Counted from the first letter of the stretch, positions 8,457-17,680 are shown. The stretch is 32,000 bases of DNA from Candidatus Lokiarchaeum ossiferum (GCA_025839675.1 CP104013.1:1110001-1142000), one strand, 5' to 3'. Numbers and translations are program-made. Notes: generated by a model from the sequence alone, not told the origin.

Positions 8457-8774
8457 TTTTTTGGCGACTTGGTTCGTTTCATCATAGAGAATAGGAAATT
8501 TTCCCTTCGCATATTTTTCTTCCATTTTTTGGGCATTTGTTAATTTATCGACTAAGATTGGAACTATTTCTGTGTTCAAGGCACGAAATTTCTCGTAAGC
8601 CATCGCTAACCGCCCGATGTGTGCCCGACAGAAAGGTCAATGAATATCGCGTAGAAGAACAATGACCAGATTGGATGTTGATCGCATATTCACCGAAGAA
8701 AAGGTTGCGCTACGAGAAGTGGGTAGCTCAAAATCCTCCAAGGGAGTTCCGACTATACCAAATTTATCCTTCAT
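8295..8774 (-). CDS. PRX_like2 / AhpC-TSA family thiol-disulfide oxidoreductase, candidate selenoprotein (UxxC; Sec codon = complement of 8637-8639)
   Basis: Reading through one in-frame TGA gives a 159-aa protein: MKDKFGIVGTPLEDFELPTSRSATFSSVNMRSTSNLVIVLLRDIH-U-PFCRAHIGRLAMAYEKFRALNTEIVPILVD.... The TGA sits exactly where this family has the first Cys of W-C-P-F-C. The ORF track reports only the 102-aa portion after the TGA. Confidence 0.65.
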
Positions 8775-8847
8775 AAGTTCTTCAAATGTATATGAGGGAA
8801 CAAAGTTTAAAATGCTTCTCGTTTCAAATGAAAGAATTCAAAAATAA

Positions 8848-9009
8848 ATGACAATCTTGGAAAATTCTCAATCGGATTTTGAAGGAGCTGATGAAAAATC
8901 AAGTCGCATAGTTAAAACGATTCCGGCCTTTTCTGGACTAACTTTAACGATCTTCTCGCTCGTTGGGATATTTTTTTTATTATCCCAGCCCAAGATCAAA
9001 CAACACTGA
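8848..9009 (+). CDS. 53-aa mini-protein that is little more than an IPAFS/TM/basic C-terminal anchor
   Basis: Hand translation gives MTILENSQSDFEGADEKSSRIVKTIPAFSGLTLTIFSLVGIFFLLSQPKIKQH*, followed by T-rich tracts. It is below the ORF-track length cut-off, and I see no clear RBS. Confidence 0.35.
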   Translation: MTILENSQSDFEGADEKSSRIVKTIPAFSGLTLTIFSLVGIFFLLSQPKIKQH

Positions 9010-9095
9010 TTTGTTTTTTGATGGTTTTTTCTTTTTCTTTTTGTTTCCCTTTCTATCCTTCCTACGGTGTTAGAAAAAAATCAAGAAATTTAATA

Positions 9096-10124
9096 TTATG
9101 AAGAATACGGCTCCGCCCGTTTATATTGACGGGGAAGAACACAATCGACATTCAGCACTTCTGCAGTTTTCAAAACCCAATAGGGATTTCGCAATAGTTC
9201 CCGCCCCAACCATACAAAATCCGCCTCCTTTTTCTCTAAGATGGTTTCTATTTCGGTCGGAGTTGTAATTAACCCCCCCGTTATAACGGGTATATCTACT
9301 TGCTTCCGAATGATCGCCGCAAAGGGGACTTGATAACCGGCCACAAAAGCAATTTCGGGAACAGCTGCTGTCACACCTCCACTACTCACATCCAATAAAT
9401 TCACCTGGGTTTGAGGATCTGCATTTAAAGACTTGATAATTTCCACATGATCCTCCGCATGAAGCCCCTGGGGTTCATATTCATCTCCAGAAATACGAAG
9501 AGCTACGGGTCCCACATAAACCTCCTTGATTGCTTTGATAATGGCAGTCAAAAAGGAAAGATTATACCGCGGGTTACATCCATAGGTATCGCTTCTTTTA
9601 TTCACCAACGGAGACAAAAATTGATTGATCAAATATCCATGGGCTCCATGAATCTCAATAAGATCAAAGCCTGCCTTTTGCGCCCTCTCAGCCGCTTTTT
9701 TGAATGCTTGGGTCACGTCTTCAATTTGTGCGCGGGTCATTTCAAATGGTTCCGGATATTTCTCATTAAAAGCGATACTTGAGGATGAGAACCCTTTGCC
9801 GGTCCCAGTTTTTCGTCCAGCATGCCCTAATTGAATGGCAATCTTAGCTCCAAAATGATGCACAATATCAACTATCGATTTTAAGCCTTCAATATGGCTA
9901 TCAGACCAAATTCCCAAATCCGCATTGCTAATCCGCCCTTCTGGTACCACAGCCGTCGCTTCCAAAATAATAAGTCCCACACCTCCCTGGGCTCGGGTTC
10001 CATAATGCACCACGTGAAATGGTTTTACCATGCCCGATTCATCCGAACTATACATACACATTGGGGGCATAACCACCCGATTTTTCACCGCTATCGTTCC
10101 AATTTTTTTTTCTGTAAAGATCAT
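9096..10124 (-). CDS. namA: NADPH dehydrogenase / Old Yellow Enzyme family (YqjM/NamA type)
   Basis: MIFTEKKIGTIAVKNRVVMPPMCMYSS...HVVHYGTRAQGGVGLIILEATAV...GIWSD.HIEGLK...IQLGHAGRK matches the YqjM pattern closely. I use the internal ATG at 10124, because the track's 43-aa extension overlaps the TetR gene. Confidence 0.85.
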   Translation of the reverse strand: MIFTEKKIGTIAVKNRVVMPPMCMYSSDESGMVKPFHVVHYGTRAQGGVGLIILEATAVVPEGRISNADLGIWSDSHIEGLKSIVDIVHHFGAKIAIQLGHAGRKTGTGKGFSSSSIAFNEKYPEPFEMTRAQIEDVTQAFKKAAERAQKAGFDLIEIHGAHGYLINQFLSPLVNKRSDTYGCNPRYNLSFLTAIIKAIKEVYVGPVALRISGDEYEPQGLHAEDHVEIIKSLNADPQTQVNLLDVSSGGVTAAVPEIAFVAGYQVPFAAIIRKQVDIPVITGGLITTPTEIETILEKKEADFVWLGRELLRNPYWVLKTAEVLNVDCVLPRQYKRAEPYSS

Positions 10125-10233
10125 TTCTTTCCCTCTATTGATATATATTACGATTCTTGCGAAATATGAATTAATCGATTTTTTCCAAAATCTGAGATAC
10201 CTAGCAATCGAAACTTTGATACGATTCTTCCAC

Positions 10234-10851
10234 TTATCCAATAAACTTTTCATAGGATTCCATCAGAAGGAACATCATCTTTTGAATGTTTCCATTCAAT
10301 TCTACTTTAAATTTATCAAATGTCATTCCGATGGTTCTTCGAGTAATGAATTTACACAATTCTCCATGGAGATAGCTATGTAGAATATAAGAAATTTCAT
10401 ATGCTGCATTTCTTGGGACTTTTTCTTGCATACTATTGTAAACTAATTCTGCAAATCGTTTTTTTAATTCTTCCGAAAATTGAGTTACTCGTAGCGGGAT
10501 CGGCTCTTCTATTTTTTCTAACCAGATAAATCTAAAAAGACCTTCATGTTGATGGGCAAAATCGATTTGGGCATCAATAAAGGCAGGAAAATGTTCAAAA
10601 TTTCGAGCCCGTGTTCCGACTTGCTTTTGGGTGAAAAGGATAATATTTTCCATGGTGTGTATCATAGCCGCATATAAAAAACTGTTAAAATCTCCAAAAA
10701 AATTGTAAATGTTTGTGTGCGCACATCCTGCCTTTCTAGCGATCGATCTCAGACTGATATTGTTCAAACCTTTTTTTTCATCAATCATTTGACAACAAAT
10801 TTCTATGAGTTTTTGTTTTAGATTTCTTGATTGATCTGCTGGTTTTTCCAT
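10234..10851 (-). CDS. TetR/AcrR-family transcriptional regulator
   Basis: N-terminal HTH: ISLRSIARKAGCAHTNIYNFFGDFNSFL. The 205-aa size and helical C-terminal domain are typical of the family. Confidence 0.85.
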   Translation of the reverse strand: MEKPADQSRNLKQKLIEICCQMIDEKKGLNNISLRSIARKAGCAHTNIYNFFGDFNSFLYAAMIHTMENIILFTQKQVGTRARNFEHFPAFIDAQIDFAHQHEGLFRFIWLEKIEEPIPLRVTQFSEELKKRFAELVYNSMQEKVPRNAAYEISYILHSYLHGELCKFITRRTIGMTFDKFKVELNGNIQKMMFLLMESYEKFIG

Positions 10852-10864
10852 AATATCTACTTCA

Positions 10865-11734
10865 TTATTTCATTTTTTCAATAATAAATCCATTTATTAA
10901 AATACATGGGAGCAACGCCGGGATTGATATTATTAGATAAAAAATAACCGTCTGCAAGGAATAGCCAAAAACCAGAATGAAACTGAAGTTCATAATATAA
11001 TAGCCCAAAAAGATCAAAATAAAGAAAGAAATAGATTGATTTTTCCAATTTCCTGAAAATGATTCTTTCACTTTGTAATAATAGAGTGGTAATAATCCAC
11101 CCGTTAGTGCAAAAGGTGAAATAAGTGCAAGATAGTACCATGTTTCCGCCCCACTGGGAACAACATAGTCAAAAAGTAATAGGAATTCCCCTAGAAAATG
11201 AAAAATAAGAAATAATAGAGGTAATAAAATAAATCCAATTAAACTTGTTATGATAATGGGTCTTTTAGGCGTTTTTGATGGTTCATTGATCACAATATCA
11301 GCTTTAAAAAATTTCGCAAGAATTACGCCTCCAATCAATAGATTCACAACATCAACAAAACAAACGAAATACTGCTCTAATTTATAGGGTGTCCAAAGAT
11401 TAAATAACCCAGTATGATCAAAAGCGGTCATTCCCAAGACACCAGGAATTAGGACAACAATGGATCCGAAGATCCCATGAGTTAATCCCTTTTGAATAGG
11501 ATTTCTCCCTGGGATATAATCCTTAGTCATCAAAAAAACAATTGAATAGCCAAATCCCATCAACGTATAAACGATTGCAACACTGATGATAAATCCGAAT
11601 TCGGGCATTTCTTTCTCAAGCGCTAGTTGACCCTTTATTACTTGCATAATCATTCCCGATATCATCATTAGGACACCGGTAAGAAGGCATTTTATAATAT
11701 TTTTTGAATTTAATTCTTCGCGTATCGTTACCAC
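10865..11734 (-). CDS. Hypothetical polytopic membrane protein (first gene of the TetR/OYE operon)
   Basis: 289 aa, about 8 hydrophobic helices, GTG start at 11734. It ends 13 nt before the TetR start, on the same strand. Confidence 0.6.
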   Translation of the reverse strand: MVTIREELNSKNIIKCLLTGVLMMISGMIMQVIKGQLALEKEMPEFGFIISVAIVYTLMGFGYSIVFLMTKDYIPGRNPIQKGLTHGIFGSIVVLIPGVLGMTAFDHTGLFNLWTPYKLEQYFVCFVDVVNLLIGGVILAKFFKADIVINEPSKTPKRPIIITSLIGFILLPLLFLIFHFLGEFLLLFDYVVPSGAETWYYLALISPFALTGGLLPLYYYKVKESFSGNWKNQSISFFILIFLGYYIMNFSFILVFGYSLQTVIFYLIISIPALLPCILINGFIIEKMK

Positions 11735-11757
11735 TGGTAATCAGTTACCATTGGTAA
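11728..11757. promoter_or_regulatory. Two tandem 13-bp perfect palindromes TTACCA-N-TGGTAA (candidate TetR operator pair)
   Basis: TTACCAcTGGTAA is at 11728-11740 and TTACCAtTGGTAA at 11745-11757, with centres 17 bp apart. They lie between the TATA box (11764-11771) and the first codons of the operon that encodes the TetR regulator. Confidence 0.5.
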
Positions 11758-11763
11758 TTAAGC

Positions 11764-11771
11764 TATATAAA
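11764..11771 (-). promoter_or_regulatory. Archaeal TATA box of the membrane/TetR/OYE operon
   Basis: The minus strand reads AAAAA-TTTATATA. The GTG start at 11734 lies about 30 nt downstream, which fits a leaderless or near-leaderless transcript. Confidence 0.45.
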
Positions 11772-12575
11772 TTTTTCATTCCTCATGTCTCGTTAATAAA
11801 TAGGCACCTCAAAATTCTATACTCCTGTTCAAGGTTTTTAATTATCGTGATTAGTTATTTTTGTTTCTGTTGTTTCTTTCTTCCCCTTCAGAACAAAAAA
11901 AAGCATTATTTTGGATTTAAAATTGCAAAAAACACATTTCTAAAATCACGGATGCCTTCGCTTTTGAATCATTTTGTTCCCCATATTATCAGACACAAAT
12001 CTTCCCATATATATGAAACACCTAATTTTTACTGCTTTAAACCTCCTTTTTCTCACCGATCTTTGAGATCACGATCTATTTTTCTATTTCTTGAAAATGA
12101 CCCGTTTTCATTATGATGCGGTTTGTGAAAAAATCATCCCTACTTGATCCAACTTTCGAGAATCTTTTTCATCGCGGGAAGGACTCCTTACCCAAAATTT
12201 TAGGAAAATCAGTTATCGTGAAAAATATAAGATTTCAGAGATCTTGACAATTTTCACAGATTTTTAAGTTTAGATTCATTTACACCGATATTTCGGATTT
12301 ATCGAGTCAAAATTTGTAATTCTTCGAAATAAATGCCCAAAAATTCATTGGTCAATGTAGAAAAACTTCCCATAAATTTCTTGGATAATTTTGTCGAATG
12401 GCAAGATTTCTGCTCATAAATTCACCAAATTGCAAAACATTTAAATAGCAAACGAAGCTATATTAGAATTAGATTAGATTGATTTGCATGCGATTCCGAC
12501 AAAAATCGGGACCAACTTGCAAAAAAAAGTCAATCTGATTGGTTGTAAAAAATACTTTCGCGGAGAAAGATTATT

Positions 12576-12794
12576 ATGGCTAAAAAGAAACGATCATTTG
12601 CATGGAGCCCAGTTCGTAAGCTCATGAAAAAATCTGGTGCCAACATTGTTGCACGAGATGCTGTTGAATTATTAATTATCGACTTAGAAAAGACCGCAAC
12701 TGTCTTGACCAAAAAAGCATTAGGGTTCGCCCATCATGCAAAACGCAAGAAGATTTCCAAAGAAGATATGGATTTGGCAATCAAATACCTCTAA
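12576..12794 (+). CDS. Archaeal histone (HMf-type histone fold) with a short basic N-terminal extension
   Basis: FAWSPVRKLMKKSGANIVARDAVELLIIDLEKTATVLTKKALGFAHHAKRKKISKEDMDLAIKYL aligns with HMfB (PIAPIGRIIKDAGAERVSDDA...ARHAGRKTIKAEDIELA). GGAG lies 10 nt upstream of the ATG. Confidence 0.9.
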   Translation: MAKKKRSFAWSPVRKLMKKSGANIVARDAVELLIIDLEKTATVLTKKALGFAHHAKRKKISKEDMDLAIKYL

Positions 12795-13090
12795 AAATTT
12801 AACCCCTTTAGAGATATAAAACCCCTTTTTTTTCCCCTTCTTTCTTGTTTTCAGTTAATATCCTTAACATATTTCGATTATTAAGTAATTTGAAATTTAT
12901 TTAAATAAGTTTAACGGATCTTTGCCTTTCTATATTACGAATTCAAGCGATACGGAAACCTTAGGATTAGATTTGAATACCATTGAGAACTCCTATATAT
13001 TAAAGAGATAGCATGTTAGAGAACAAAAATGCCAATATGGAAAAAAAAAGAGACATAACAAATCTAGTTCTTTAATCTTCGAATCTGCTG

Positions 13091-13789
13091 CTAAGATGTT
13101 TTTTCCCGAAAAAATGCGTTCCTTATACCGAGATAAAACACATACAAGCCAATCCCAGCGATAATATGAAACCCATCATTCTGAGGTCTAAAAATCGCAG
13201 TCCCTTCAGGATTTAAAAAAATACCTTCCTGATCTTCAGGATAGAAAAACATTCCTCCCACAAATTGGAAGATTCCTGAGAGAAGAATGATGGTATTTCC
13301 AAGGAGGATGTTTTTACTAATGGGATGATCTTTTTTATATAAAAGAAAGCCCATGAAGTAAATCAAGATACTGCAGATTCCCAGGAGACCTACCCAAATG
13401 ATAAATTTCCATTCGTAGATAATGGCGATTATAACATAAATAATAACCATAAAGATTGGTAAGAGTAATAACGGCTTATTGTTATCGGGTTTGACATGAA
13501 AAATGAGAGCGCTTACAACACACACAAAAGATAAACCGCCAAAAATCATGGTTGGGGGCCAAAAAAAAGCGACTAAGAAACCATCACTGAGAAAATGACT
13601 AATGGCTCCGAGAATTGCAAACATCACGATACATCCATAACCTCCAACCCAGAGTTTAAGGGAAGCATCAAAGATGTTGGCTTTTTTAGCTTTAGAAACA
13701 ATTAAATATATCAAAAAAACAGCTTCAAGGGTCAATAATATGTCCGTCACCGAGGTTATCGGTTGGATGGGAACAAGTTCACTTTGCAT
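13091..13789 (-). CDS. Hypothetical polytopic membrane protein
   Basis: 232 aa with about 7 hydrophobic helices. No motif recognised. Confidence 0.55.
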   Translation of the reverse strand: MQSELVPIQPITSVTDILLTLEAVFLIYLIVSKAKKANIFDASLKLWVGGYGCIVMFAILGAISHFLSDGFLVAFFWPPTMIFGGLSFVCVVSALIFHVKPDNNKPLLLLPIFMVIIYVIIAIIYEWKFIIWVGLLGICSILIYFMGFLLYKKDHPISKNILLGNTIILLSGIFQFVGGMFFYPEDQEGIFLNPEGTAIFRPQNDGFHIIAGIGLYVFYLGIRNAFFREKTS

Positions 13790-14063
13790 TCTGATTTCAC
13801 ACTTCCTTTACTAGCATAAAACAATGTATCATATTTCGTCTATGTGATATAAATAGCTATTTAATATCAGAAAAAAGCCACTTGGTTGCGATATCACACT
13901 ATTTTTTCTCAGAAATGATTATTAGAAATGATATCAATGACATAAATTGATAAGTTCTATCAAAATGGAGCAATGATGGTATGTAAGATATATTTTTAAC
14001 TGAGGAATTCTGAATAAAGGATTTTTCACCTTCAATTTCAATTTCAATTTTTTCCAAGGATAG

Positions 14064-15458
14064 TTATTTTTGTTGATTTGGATCGTTGTATCGTCGTAAG
14101 TAGAAAGAAAAAGTCGTTCCTTTATGGACTTCCGATTCCACAGTTATAGCACCCTCATGTTTCTTAATAATAGAATAGCATACGGACAATCCTAATCCCG
14201 TACCCGTTGATTTCGTTGTAAAATAGGGGTCAAAGATTTTTTGAAGATTTTGCGGTGGAATCCCAGCTCCTTGATCTCTAATCGAGACTTTCACAAACTC
14301 TCCTGCTTTCAATCCCAGTGAGTTGTTAGAGGAAATTACACTATTCTCGGCCAGAATTTCAATAACACTTCCCTTATCAACAGCTTGAATGGCATTCAGC
14401 ACGATATTTTGTAAGACTTGGCTAATTTGCCCCGCATCCACATATACTGGCCATAAAGAAGGCGAAATTTCATATTTTGCCAACACAGAACTTCCCCGAA
14501 GGGTAAAACTGGTTGATTCTCGAATTAATTTTTCAGTATCGTTCACACTTTTTTGAAGAGCCTCCCCCTTTGAAAATGTAAGCAAACGACGCGTTAATTC
14601 ACTAGCACGATTTGCAGCATTTTCAATCTCCGCAACAATTTCATAATTTTCATTGGTTTCGGGGATTTCTAGCTTCAAAAGGGAGGTATTCCCAAGAATG
14701 GAAGTGAGATAATTATTAAAATCATGGGCGATGCCTCCAGCTAATAATCCGAGAGATTCGAGTTTTTGATTGTGAATCTGTTCTTCCTGCAAGTATGTTT
14801 CTTGAACTAAAATTTCCCGTTCCATGGAAATGATAATAGGTACGATAAGCAGGAAAAGATTTAAGATTAAGTCTAAGCTTAACATGATTTCATGAGCGTA
14901 CCTAACATCAAAATCGGAAAGCACTGTATAAATGATGTCAAAGAGGCCAATAATCAATACATACATGAAAAATTTATAGGTAGGACTTTGTTTCTTCTGA
15001 GAGATCTTAAATAACGACCAAATTGCGAGAATTAATAGCAGAATAGTTATCAATTCAACAATAATTGAAATAAAAAAACGAAAAACATCAGCAAAACCAA
15101 TATTTAGACTCAGAGTAAATATAGAGAAATAGCAGATGCTTAAATTCAAACCTTTTGACTTGTTTTTACTTTTTAAATTCATTAATTTGATATCATAAAT
15201 GTCCATATAATCCCGAACTGAAGAAATGATGAAAATTAGCACTGCTAATCCGGAGAAAATAACATTTAACTCATAAATGTTCATCTCAGGCAATAAATTG
15301 TGGACTAAGGCAAACACACGACCAATGGTATGCATATAGTAAGCGACCATCCATAATAGAAGATCCCGTCTCATGGTAAAGACCGCTTTGGTCATTAATA
15401 TATCCGCAACAACAATAATAATCAAGTTAGTAAGAATAATTCCCGTTCCTTCAACCAT
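14064..15458 (-). CDS. Sensor histidine kinase with a multi-TM N-terminal domain
   Basis: About 6-7 N-terminal TM helices. H-box LAGGIAHDFNNYLTSILG. N-box QVLQNIVLNAIQA. G-boxes RDQGAGIP and GTGLGLSV. ATG at 15458 (the track uses the GTG at 15461). Confidence 0.85.
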   Translation of the reverse strand: MVEGTGIILTNLIIIVVADILMTKAVFTMRRDLLLWMVAYYMHTIGRVFALVHNLLPEMNIYELNVIFSGLAVLIFIISSVRDYMDIYDIKLMNLKSKNKSKGLNLSICYFSIFTLSLNIGFADVFRFFISIIVELITILLLILAIWSLFKISQKKQSPTYKFFMYVLIIGLFDIIYTVLSDFDVRYAHEIMLSLDLILNLFLLIVPIIISMEREILVQETYLQEEQIHNQKLESLGLLAGGIAHDFNNYLTSILGNTSLLKLEIPETNENYEIVAEIENAANRASELTRRLLTFSKGEALQKSVNDTEKLIRESTSFTLRGSSVLAKYEISPSLWPVYVDAGQISQVLQNIVLNAIQAVDKGSVIEILAENSVISSNNSLGLKAGEFVKVSIRDQGAGIPPQNLQKIFDPYFTTKSTGTGLGLSVCYSIIKKHEGAITVESEVHKGTTFSFYLRRYNDPNQQK

Positions 15459-15625
15459 CACTTAACATATGGCAATTATACTTTTGGATTTATATAATAT
15501 TGTTTTAGGAAAATTTTCACGTTCTTTTTATTCTAAAACAGTTTTGTGGTAGATCATTGGAAATAAAGTACGCTAAGGATTTAAGTTCAGTAGAATAGAG
15601 GATAAATGGAGTGAGGAATAGGAAA

Positions 15626-16243
15626 ATGAAAGATTCGTTCAATGAATACTTAATTTATGAAAATAAGATGCAAAGACAAGGGTTATTTGAGGTGATATCC
15701 CAAAAATTTGAGATAAAAAAAGCAATATATCCTGGGAGTTACATTCATATCTCACCATCCTTCTATTTTGAAGAAGTTGTCTATATTGATATGGATAAAA
15801 AAGCGAAGAAATTTTTTACCGATAAAAGTTTTGAAAAAATAATAGAACAGAAAAAAGTGTATTCGAAGGAGTTTTGTTATAGATTCTATCCTTATGATTA
15901 TAATACGCTAATGCACGAGGAGGTAGGAACATTTGATTTACTCATTTCGCAATATGCCGGATTAATTTCGCGAAGTTGTAAGAAATATCTTAAAAAAGGT
16001 GGACTACTTCTGGTAAATAATTCTCATGGAGATGCTCAATTTGCAAATTGGGATGCAGATTTTGAATTCATTGCAGTTATCAATCGCAGAAATAACAAGT
16101 TCTATTACTCCTCGGAAAATCTTAAGACCTATTTTAGACCTAAAAAGGAAGGGCTAAACATCAATTTGGAGTATCTTTTGTCAATTAATAAAGGGATTGG
16201 ATTCAAAAAAGCAGCCGCCCATTACATATTCAGAAAAAAATAG
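15626..16243 (+). CDS. Hypothetical protein, possibly a Rossmann-fold methyltransferase-like protein
   Basis: GAGGA lies 8 nt upstream of the ATG at 15626. IYPGSYIHISPSFYF...VVYIDMD and FDLLISQYAG...LKKGGLLLVNN loosely resemble SAM-methyltransferase motifs I, II and post-II. The functional call is weak. Confidence 0.5.
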   Translation: MKDSFNEYLIYENKMQRQGLFEVISQKFEIKKAIYPGSYIHISPSFYFEEVVYIDMDKKAKKFFTDKSFEKIIEQKKVYSKEFCYRFYPYDYNTLMHEEVGTFDLLISQYAGLISRSCKKYLKKGGLLLVNNSHGDAQFANWDADFEFIAVINRRNNKFYYSSENLKTYFRPKKEGLNINLEYLLSINKGIGFKKAAAHYIFRKK

Positions 16244-16379
16244 TAGCTTGAAAGATTTTTCAGCGAGACGAACACCTTGCTCTTGTTATTAAGACCCATC
16301 TTTCGTGTTCCATTGTGTTAGCAATTTATTTCTTTGGTTTTTTAAATCCTATTCTCAATAACAGTTTTTTTGTAATTTT

Positions 16380-17183
16380 TTACATTTTTTTTAAGATATA
16401 TTTCTGAAATGGATTATATTGGGCATGATTTCGGACTTGGTAAGACCAAATCGCATCTTGAGGACATAGATTAACACATCCATTACATCCAACACATCTC
16501 CACTCATTAAATCTTGGATATCCACTCGTGCTGATTTGAATCGCTCCAGAAGGACAAATTTGGTGAGCACAGAGAGTGCATTGATTGCATTTTATTTTAT
16601 TTAAACGTTTGATTCCCACAGTTGCAGCCATCTGCCACCTTCTTGTTAAAAAAATTGACCATAGAGATATAATCCCATTTTTTTTGGGAGATTTTTCAGC
16701 AACAACTTGATCAGATTGCTTTGAAAGAATTCGAAAAATGAATTCTTTACACCTGCTTTGGGAAATTGGGGGTAAAAAGGACTGATTGGGGGCGGACAAT
16801 GTGTTTCGAGGCATCCAAGAACGAAGGTTAGTGGTAATTGACACTTCAAAATAGCCTAAAAAGAGCCCCGCTTTTCGTTCCACTGCTTTATACAAATTCC
16901 ATAAAGTATTTCCGGGCATCCCTCCGCTTGTACAAAATACAAAAAAAGGGATTTTTTCCAAAGACAAATGTTTGAGGTTCTGGGTTACGAACCTTGGGGC
17001 TCGAAATGAATAAGCAGGAGAACCAATACCTATCAGATCGTATGTTTGGAGATCTGGGTGAAAATTCCGCTTAATTCGCAAGTAAGACACAATATGGCCT
17101 GCGGATTTCAGCTCAGATCCAAAAATATCTGCAATTTTTGCAGTTCCTCCAGTCCCAGAAAAATAAATGAGCCCAATTCTCAT
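16380..17183 (-). CDS. Flavodoxin-like domain fused to a 2x[4Fe-4S] ferredoxin domain
   Basis: The N-terminus MRIGLIYFSGTGGTAKIA is a flavodoxin-type phosphate loop. The C-terminus has CNQCTLCAHQICP and CVGCNGCVNLCP (two CxxCxxCxxxCP clusters). Confidence 0.8.
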   Translation of the reverse strand: MRIGLIYFSGTGGTAKIADIFGSELKSAGHIVSYLRIKRNFHPDLQTYDLIGIGSPAYSFRAPRFVTQNLKHLSLEKIPFFVFCTSGGMPGNTLWNLYKAVERKAGLFLGYFEVSITTNLRSWMPRNTLSAPNQSFLPPISQSRCKEFIFRILSKQSDQVVAEKSPKKNGIISLWSIFLTRRWQMAATVGIKRLNKIKCNQCTLCAHQICPSGAIQISTSGYPRFNEWRCVGCNGCVNLCPQDAIWSYQVRNHAQYNPFQKYILKKM

Positions 17184-17434
17184 ATAAATTACTAAGAAAA
17201 GAAAAGATATATCTATTCCCGTCCATTTCCCCGCAATATTTTGAGAGGAAGAAGCCTATCAAATTATATCGACCTCCCATGAGTTGGTATGCAGCATCTT
17301 TTTTTTTCCGCAATTATAGAAAAGGAAAATAGCCCCCATTTTACGCAAGATGAAGGAAAATTATTAATCTCTAAAGATTGAACAAATAACGACAAAAGGG
17401 GACAAATTAATAAAAAAAGGAAAAAAGCAGAAGT

Positions 17435-17680
17435 TTAATCTTTTTTATATGTGATAGCTTTGATTATTTGCAATAATGCAACTGCAAAGAAACAATAAGC
17501 CCAAAAAGACATGAAACTCCACCATAAGGTTTCAGAATTGCCAAATAGCAACTCATTAAAGCCAAACCCGCTTGTTGCATCACTTAAAAGATCATCAAAA
17601 GCTAAACCAAGATCCAGCACTGACACTCCACAAACCGCTATAAATAGGGATTGAATAATGGATAAAATACGATACGCCAT
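17435..17680 (-). CDS. Small hypothetical membrane protein (81 aa, 2-3 TM)
   Basis: ORF only, with a hydrophobic profile and no motif. Confidence 0.4.
   Translation of the reverse strand: MAYRILSIIQSLFIAVCGVSVLDLGLAFDDLLSDATSGFGFNELLFGNSETLWWSFMSFWAYCFFAVALLQIIKAITYKKD

Noticed and set aside
8662-8847. 61-aa plus-strand ORF.
   Set aside because: It lies antisense to the N-terminal half of the redoxin once the in-frame TGA is read through. The redoxin reading gives a family-consistent sequence and this ORF does not.
10125-10253. 43-codon N-terminal extension of the OYE ORF in the track.
   Set aside because: The extension overlaps the TetR gene's 3' end. YqjM-type enzymes begin at the MIFTEKK-equivalent position.
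11751-12116. 121-aa TTG-start ORF in the long intergenic region.
   Set aside because: The translation is Phe/Cys/Ser-rich low-complexity sequence with a non-ATG start and no RBS. Its start overlaps the operator and TATA region of the divergent operon.
14031-14050. (CAATTT)x3 microsatellite downstream of the histidine kinase gene.
   Set aside because: It is a trivial short tandem repeat in AT-rich intergenic DNA with no further structure.
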